From positions 1 through 25,500 of the forward strand of contig CAZGQH010000001.1 in NCBI GenBank assembly GCA_964527575.1: a DNA stretch of 25,500 nt. Reading direction: 5' to 3'. A program made the position numbers and the translations under genes. Below the pieces are notes generated by a model. That model saw only the letters and a program-made list of their open reading frames with translations. It ran no database searches and had not been told where the DNA came from. Below, piece by piece: positions 19,767 to 25,500 of this stretch (positions within the stretch are counted from its first letter, which is position 1; each line of letters starts with the position of its first letter). This DNA comes from an uncultured Lachnospiraceae bacterium (GTDB lineage: Bacteria > Bacillota > Clostridia > Oscillospirales > CAG-272).

Positions 19767-20933
19767 TTAGAGCTGGACGGCAGAAACATCGATCTCGCCG
19801 GACATCAACTTCGGCAGAAGTGCATTCCGTAGTTCAGCTAACCTGATATTTTCAAGAGCATTGTAACGCATTTTGAGAAACATCGGTGCTACTGCTTCTC
19901 CAAACTTCGATAGACTCTGTTCATCAAATTTGGGGAGCCGGAACTGTCCTATGGTTTCAGCGGAAACACGCTGCCTTCCACTGCTACCATTCATGTTTTT
20001 GACTGCGTAATCGACAAACGCAGGATAACGAGCCAGACAGTACAGCATTTCAGCTGGTACACCATTTCTGGGAGCAAGCACAATATACTCTGTCGAACCA
20101 AAAGCTACTTCGCTCTCATCGAGAAAGTCAATGAAAGCAGTCTTGCCGTTTTCAAGGCATGGGGTAATACGCGCTAAAAGGGTATCACCATTGGTAAAAC
20201 GCATTCCTCCGTTAAATGCTTTAATTTCCCATCCAGAAGGAAATACTCCACTTGTTGATAACTGGCTCATATCAATACTTCGAGCGATTTGATTCTTTGC
20301 CAATACTCGCCTCGGGTTGAGATACGCATAATCAGACACCGTACAGTTGTCATTGTCAGCATCAATCATGAGCCTGTTAAAGAAAACAAATGCTTGCTGC
20401 TGTAAATTATCGTTTATCCGATTGTTGAGTTCAATTCTATCATCTAAGCACTTTAAGGTTGAAGCAATCACTTGCTGGTCATATAAGGGAGGAATAGGAA
20501 GCTCTAATAATTCCAGTACATTCTGTTGAACTCGTTGTCTTCCAGAAGATCCTACCATTGATTTTATTGCAGGATTTCTTACAAGCGGACTTGTTGCCAA
20601 ATAATATATAAAATTTGGATCACTTACACCCGGAATTGCCCGCATAACGATATATTCCGTAGAGCCAAATGCAACCTCATTATTATCAAGAATATTTACC
20701 AAGGCAGTCTTTCCGTTTTCCAAACACGGAGTAATCCTCGCCATAATGGTGTCACCGTTACGGAATTTTGCTCCACCTGAATACGCTTCAATCGTATATG
20801 CTGGAATATCTCTCGAAAAAGGATGCAAAACATCCATAGAAATTTTTTTAGCAATTGTACCTTTCGGCAATTTTTCCGATGGATTAAAGGAAATCACATC
20901 GTGTAATTTGCATTTTCTCCACTCAGATGCCAT
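19767..20933 (-). CDS. hsdS: Type I restriction-modification specificity subunit S
   Basis: Two TRDs separated by the conserved helical spacer ([35 protein letters not shown]), C-terminal [22 protein letters not shown] 20933 overlaps the end of hsdM. Confidence 0.95.
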   Translation of the reverse strand: MASEWRKCKLHDVISFNPSEKLPKGTIAKKISMDVLHPFSRDIPAYTIEAYSGGAKFRNGDTIMARITPCLENGKTALVNILDNNEVAFGSTEYIVMRAIPGVSDPNFIYYLATSPLVRNPAIKSMVGSSGRQRVQQNVLELLELPIPPLYDQQVIASTLKCLDDRIELNNRINDNLQQQAFVFFNRLMIDADNDNCTVSDYAYLNPRRVLAKNQIARSIDMSQLSTSGVFPSGWEIKAFNGGMRFTNGDTLLARITPCLENGKTAFIDFLDESEVAFGSTEYIVLAPRNGVPAEMLYCLARYPAFVDYAVKNMNGSSGRQRVSAETIGQFRLPKFDEQSLSKFGEAVAPMFLKMRYNALENIRLAELRNALLPKLMSGEIDVSAVQL

Positions 20934-22425
20934 ACCCAATTGCCCCCAGCTTTTCCCGGATTTCCTTCTCTAACTCGTGCGACTTTTCGAAAAGCTCAGC
21001 AAGTTCTCCGGTCAGTCGTTTCATTTTTTCGTCGAACGGCTCGTCATCCTCGGCCTGCTCCTCGATACCTACATAGCGTCCCGGTGTCAAGATGTAGTCC
21101 TGCTTGGCAATCTCCTCGGTGGTCGCAGCTGCACAGAAACCCTTTTCGTCGGCCAGCACGCCGGCCGCAAAGGCGTTGTAGGTATCGGCAATTTTCCGGA
21201 TGTCGCTGTCGGTCAGCTCGCGGTTCTTGCGTGTGACCATCGTGCCCATTTTGCGCGCATCGATAAAGAGGGTCTTGCCCCTCTGCTTCTTATTCTTTGA
21301 GAGAAACCAAAGCGACACGGGAATCGGCGTGGTATAAAAGAGCTGGGTCGGCATGGCAACGATGCAATCCACCAGATCGGCGCTCACGATATTCTTCCGG
21401 ATTTCTCCTTCCCCGCCGCTCTGGGAGGAAAGCGAGCCGTTGGCCAGCACCATGCCGATGCGTCCGTTGGGCGCCAGATGATAGATCATGTGCTGAAGCC
21501 ACGCAAAGTTGGCGTTTCCCGCCGGAGGCGTGCCGTATTGCCAGCGCAGATCGTCCGCCAACTTGTCCGCGCCCCAATCTGAGAGGTTGAAGGGCGGGTT
21601 TGCCATGATGAAATCCGCCCGGAGCGTCGGGTGGCAATCGTTGAAGAAGGTATCGGCGTTGAACTTGCCGAGATCGGCGTCGATGCCGCGAATGGCAAGA
21701 TTCATCTGCGCCATTTTCCAAGTGGTCGGGTTGGAGTCCTGCCCGTAGACCGAAATATCGTTGATGTTGCCGCTGTGGCTCTCGACAAATTTCGCCGACT
21801 GCACAAACATGCCGCCGCTTCCGCAGCAGGGGTCGTACACCCGCCCGTGGTAGGGCTGTAAGACCTCTACCAGTGTGCGCACCACGCAGGAGGGCGTGTA
21901 GAACTCACCCGCCAGCTTGCCCTCCTGCTCGGCAAATTTGGAAAGACAGTATTCATAGGTCCTGCCGAGAATGTCCTTCTCGTCCCCGTGCTCGATCATC
22001 TGAATATTGGTAAAGAGGTCGACAACCTCTCCGAGCCGGCGCTTGTCCAGCTCCGGACGGGCGAAATTCTTCGGCAGGATATCCTTCAGCCGTTTGTTGT
22101 CCTTCTCAATGGCGCGCATGGCGTCGTCAATTGCCGTACCGACTTCCGGCGTGTGCGCCTTTGCGGCGATATCGCTCCACCGTGCGCCCTGCGGCACAAA
22201 GAAAATGCCCTCGGAGGTGTACTCGTCGATATCCTCTTCAAATCCGTCGCCTTCGATTACAAGCTCTCTGTGTTTTTCCTCGAAGCGGTCGGAGATATAT
22301 TTCAGAAAGATCAATCCCAGCACCACATTTTTATATTCGGACGCATCCATATTGCCGCGCAGCACGCACGCTGCATCCCAGATCTGTTTTTCAAAGCCGA
22401 TTGCGGCGGTGATTTTTTCTGCCAT
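20923..22425 (-). CDS. hsdM: Type I restriction-modification methyltransferase subunit M (N6-adenine)
   Basis: [17 protein letters not shown], motif [12 protein letters not shown], motif IV ANPPFN, NFAWLQH. GGAGG RBS. Confidence 0.97.
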   Translation of the reverse strand: MAEKITAAIGFEKQIWDAACVLRGNMDASEYKNVVLGLIFLKYISDRFEEKHRELVIEGDGFEEDIDEYTSEGIFFVPQGARWSDIAAKAHTPEVGTAIDDAMRAIEKDNKRLKDILPKNFARPELDKRRLGEVVDLFTNIQMIEHGDEKDILGRTYEYCLSKFAEQEGKLAGEFYTPSCVVRTLVEVLQPYHGRVYDPCCGSGGMFVQSAKFVESHSGNINDISVYGQDSNPTTWKMAQMNLAIRGIDADLGKFNADTFFNDCHPTLRADFIMANPPFNLSDWGADKLADDLRWQYGTPPAGNANFAWLQHMIYHLAPNGRIGMVLANGSLSSQSGGEGEIRKNIVSADLVDCIVAMPTQLFYTTPIPVSLWFLSKNKKQRGKTLFIDARKMGTMVTRKNRELTDSDIRKIADTYNAFAAGVLADEKGFCAAATTEEIAKQDYILTPGRYVGIEEQAEDDEPFDEKMKRLTGELAELFEKSHELEKEIREKLGAIGYGI

Positions 22426-22545
22426 GTTATCCTCCGGATGACCGATAGAGGAAAGAGTCGCCCTATCGATAAGTATAATAGAATATTTGTCGAGTGTATA
22501 AAATTACCATATTCGTTCTGTCTTTGCCAGACACTTCATGTAGCA

Positions 22546-22575
22546 ATTATACCATATTGCCCCCTCTTTTTCAAC
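22546..22575 (-). promoter_or_regulatory. sigmaA-type promoter of the hsd operon
   Basis: Minus strand TTGAAA-18 nt-TATAAT with an extended -10 (TGG-TATAAT). Confidence 0.6.
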
Positions 22576-22604
22576 CGAAAAAGGAGATAAAAAGTCCAAA
22601 AGTC

Positions 22605-22633
22605 TTGCAAAAAGGGAGATTCTGCGTTATGAT
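22605..22633 (+). promoter_or_regulatory. sigmaA-type promoter of the acetyltransferase, divergent from hsdM
   Basis: TTGCAA-17 nt-TATGAT. Confidence 0.55.
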
Positions 22634-22706
22634 AAGAACAGCGCGATTCCGACAAAAACGGCGGCGCCGCGGCTCTGCCGATAAAACGATACTACGGAGG
22701 TACTCC

Positions 22707-23345
22707 ATGCGAGAAGAAGAAAAAATTGCAGCGGGCATCCTGTTCTGCCCCGCCGACCCGGAGCTGAAGGCCATCAAGCTCCGCACTCATAATTTGAACC
22801 TCGACTACAACGCTACCTACGAGGACGAGAGTGAAAAAAGAGCCTCCCTTCTCGGGGAAATTCTCGGCGAGATCGGCGAGGGCGGATTTTTGCAGGGACC
22901 AATCTTTTTCCACTACGGCAAGCATACAAGAATCGGGAAGAATTTCTTCGCCAACTTCAACCTTACCGTACAGGACGATGCCGCCGTCACCATCGGCGAC
23001 AACTGCAACTTCGGCCCGAATACCACCATCGTCACCCCGCTGCATCCTCTCCTCCCCAACGAGCGGAACGCCATGCTGACCGCCTCCGGCGAGAAGAAGC
23101 ACTTCTGCTACGCCAAGCCGGTGACAATCGGCAATAACTGCTGGTTCGGCGCGAATGTCACCGTCTGCCCCGGCGTGACCATCGGAGACAACTGCGTAAT
23201 CGGCGCGGGCAGCGTCGTCACGCGCGACATCCCCGCCGGCTCCCTTGCCGCCGGCGTTCCCTGCCGCGTCCTCCGCCCCATCACCGAAAAGGACAGCCTC
23301 CGTCATCACCCCGAAATCCTCGCGGACAATCGCATCATCGAATAA
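22707..23345 (+). CDS. sugar O-acetyltransferase (maltose/galactoside acetyltransferase family, hexapeptide repeat), 212 aa
   Basis: GGAGG RBS then MREEEKIAAGILFCPADPEL; HYGKHTRIGKNFFANFN, VTIGDNCNFGPN, YAKPVTIGNNCWFGANVTVCPGVTIGDNCVIGAGSVVTRDIP. The ORF-track start at 22494 is an over-extension. Confidence 0.92.
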   Translation: MREEEKIAAGILFCPADPELKAIKLRTHNLNLDYNATYEDESEKRASLLGEILGEIGEGGFLQGPIFFHYGKHTRIGKNFFANFNLTVQDDAAVTIGDNCNFGPNTTIVTPLHPLLPNERNAMLTASGEKKHFCYAKPVTIGNNCWFGANVTVCPGVTIGDNCVIGAGSVVTRDIPAGSLAAGVPCRVLRPITEKDSLRHHPEILADNRIIE

Positions 23346-23347
23346 CC

Positions 23348-23394
23348 ATCACCCATCGGGAACAACTCCAAGCACTCCCGATGGGTGATATTTT
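23348..23394. terminator. hairpin terminator between the acetyltransferase and the trailer end of the CRISPR array
   Basis: 14-bp inverted repeat ATCACCCATCGGGA / TCCCGATGGGTGAT followed by ATTTT. Confidence 0.7.
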
Positions 23395-23467
23395 GTCCGG
23401 GTGATTCCGGAACATTGTCGCGAGCAACCTCCCGCATCTTCCCCGCCCCGACAAATACGAGAATATT

Positions 23468-25500
23468 CTTTCAACCCACGCCCCTGCGCGGGGGCGACTT
23501 ATTTGAGGACGACAATATGAGGCAGTCAAATGTATTTCAACCCGCGCCCCCCGCGTGGGGGCGACGAGTCGTCTGCCAGTAATCCGATATCCAGCCGAGA
23601 TTTCAATCCGCGCCCCCGTGCGGGGGGCGACTCGGGTAATAAGACTTTGATGCCGTTTCTCTCGTAATTTCAATCCACGCCCCCGCGTGGAGGCGACCAA
23701 GGTCGATACAGCAATATGCCAAGGCGCAAGCCTATTTCAACCCACGCCCCATGCGGGGGCGACCTCCCTGATGGGGAACCTCATAATCCGTCATATCATT
23801 TCAATCCGCGCCACCGCGTGGGGACGACCAATGGATGGTACCGAACAGCGTCGAGTTCTGCAATTTCAATCCACGCCCCCTGCGAAGGGGCGACTCTCGC
23901 AAGACTTTCTTTCCTCCCACCCACGACATATTTCAACCCGCGCCCCCGCGAGGGGGCGACTGTGTTTGTTCCGCCTCACTACGATCTGTACATATTTCAA
24001 CCCACGCCCCCGCAAGGGAGGCGACTAAGGCCATTTTCGCTGCTGTAAAACATCGGAATATTTCAATCCGCGCTCCCGCGAGAGGGCGACATGTAGACTA
24101 CCGATTTATAACGGCACTAAGCAAATTTCAATCCACGCCCCCGTGCGGGGAGCGACCCAGCTTAGTCTGGAGTTCTGTGAGCAAATTGTCCTTATTCCAA
24201 CCCGCGCCCCCGTGCGGGGGCGACAAAAATTGAGAATTGGAGTATAATGTAAAAAAACGATTTCAACCCACGCCCCCGCGTGAGGAGCGACCTCCTCTGC
24301 GGTCTTATTCGCCGCATCCTGTGACTTTCAATCCGCGCCCCCGCGTGGGGGCGACCTCACCAATCGTGCAGCATTGTCAATACTTTTCAAAATTTCAATC
24401 CACGCCTCGTCCGGGGGGCGGGGCGACTTTGCCGGGAAGTTAAACAGCCATTCTTCGAAGATTTCAACTCGCGCCCCCGCGAGGGGGCGACCAAAACCGA
24501 TGATGTTGCCGGTGTCGGGATCACAATTTCAACCCACGCCCCCGCGGGGGCGACGGCAGAGACCGACCGCTCCCGGATATACCGCAAAAATTTCAACCCG
24601 CATCCCCGCATAAGGATGACTTCACCAATCACGCGGCATTGTCAATACTTTCCAAAATTTCAATCCACGTTCCCACGCGGGGGACGACAGTACAAAATCG
24701 TAATAGTTATCCCAAACTGCATAATTTCAATCCGCGCCCCCGCGAGGGGGGCGACGAGATGTCTGCCAGTAATCAGATATCCATCCCCACTTTCAATCCG
24801 AGCCCACAAGAGGGGGGCGACCCGCCTTGTTCGGGTACGGCATGGTAGGTTTTATCATTTCAATTCGCGCCCCCGCGAGGGGGGCGACATACAAGGAGGC
24901 AAAAAAATGATTCGTGGCGAAAATTTCAACCCACGCCCCCGCAAGGGGACGACAGAAGCATAACGGCTTCGGGGTAACGGCACTGATATTTCAACCCACG
25001 CCCCCGCGAGGGGGGCGACGAGCTTTATCCGGCATTATGGTGAGGGCTCCCGAATTTCAATCCGCGCCCCCGCGAGGGGGGCGACTTATCGGTTTCAGCA
25101 AGATGTCACTTGGTCGACTATTTCAATCCGCGCCCCCGCGAGGGGGGCGACGTAAGGAAATCTTTCATACCACCGTTTGGAGCTTAATTTCAATCCGCGC
25201 CCCCGCGAGGGGGGCGACGCAAGATCTTCGGTAAGTACTATTGGTCAAGTCATTTCAATCCGCGCCCCCGCGAGGGGGGCGACATACTCCACCTTGCCTT
25301 TTTCCGTCGTCTCGATCTATTTCAATCCGCGCCCCCGCGAGGGGGGCGACGGATATTCCTGGTTTTGAGGCATCGTATATAACGATTTCAATCCGCGCCC
25401 CCGCGAGGGGGGCGACGCTGAAAAGGGCTTGAGTCAGAAGCAGTATGATATTTCAATCCGCGCCCCCGCGAGGGGGGCGACCCTTTTGTTCATGAGAAGA
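23468..25500 (-). CRISPR. CRISPR array, type I-C-like repeat: 31 repeats, 30 complete spacers of 33-37 nt plus one partial; continues past the window
   Basis: Consensus on + is ATTTCAATCCGCGCCCCCGCGAGGGGGGCGAC (32 nt); on - it is GTCGCCCCCCTCGCGGGGGCGCGGATTGAAAT, with a 7-bp hairpin and the ATTGAAA(N) 3' end. Exact copies at 24724 and at the seven positions from 25054 to 25450; variants to the left. The ATTGAAA end and the degeneracy gradient put the leader to the right and transcription on the minus strand. No cas genes in the window. Confidence 0.96.

Noticed and set aside
14332-22600. RM locus as a discrete mobile element
   Set aside because: No transposase, integrase, target-site duplication or tRNA anchor was found, and hsdM/hsdR have host-like composition.
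22494-22706. N-terminal extension of the acetyltransferase (283-aa ORF call)
   Set aside because: It overlaps the divergent promoter region. Family similarity and the GGAGG RBS point to ATG 22707.
23395-23467. Additional eroded repeat left of 23468 (…CCCCGCCCCGAC at about 23441-23452)
   Set aside because: Spacing to the first repeat is too short for a repeat-spacer unit and the TTTCAA end is missing.
24356-24391. TTGACA in spacers 24356 and 24621 acting as internal sense promoters
   Set aside because: The position 17 nt downstream falls on the repeat start (AGGTCG or AAGTCA), which is not a -10 box.
23335-25432. ORFs called within the CRISPR array
   Set aside because: They are translations of repeats and spacers, shown by recurring [19 protein letters not shown] and FQSAPPRGG strings.
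23468-25500. Self-targeting spacers against genes in this window
   Set aside because: No match was noticed by eye. A proper alignment to the whole genome is needed to exclude this.

Overview
Chromosomal window from a moderately GC-rich Firmicute, probably Clostridia-like (inferred from GroEL, the XerC-type recombinase, a CwlD-like amidase and sigmaA-type promoters). The left 14.3 kb is housekeeping: partial tsaE, an Aslfm-like D-aspartate ligase, a MurE ligase with a non-DAP specificity motif (DDPG), radA, a CwlD-like amidase, a membrane protein, a xerC-like recombinase, proBAC, groES-groEL and an alanine/glycine:cation symporter. The right 11.2 kb is a defence region. It holds a Type I restriction-modification locus (hsdM-hsdS-[insert]-hsdR), an O-acetyltransferase, and a type I-C-like CRISPR array of 31 repeats that runs off the right edge, with no cas genes in view. 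The best candidate for an undescribed system is the AT-rich 681-aa gene between hsdS and hsdR, the slot PrrC occupies in EcoprrI. It has a PIN-like acidic tetrad, a coiled coil and two C-terminal transmembrane helices, and is preceded by a small acidic ORF. Other notable signals are the MurE(DDPG) plus D-Asp ligase pair (suggests L-Lys-D-Asp peptidoglycan), an HsdS with two near-twin TRDs, a CRISPR array in which 23 of the 24 older repeats are degenerate, two pairs of same-register homologous spacers, and a spacer matching a Dam-like methyltransferase N-terminus. All family assignments come from motif recognition by eye; no database search was run.
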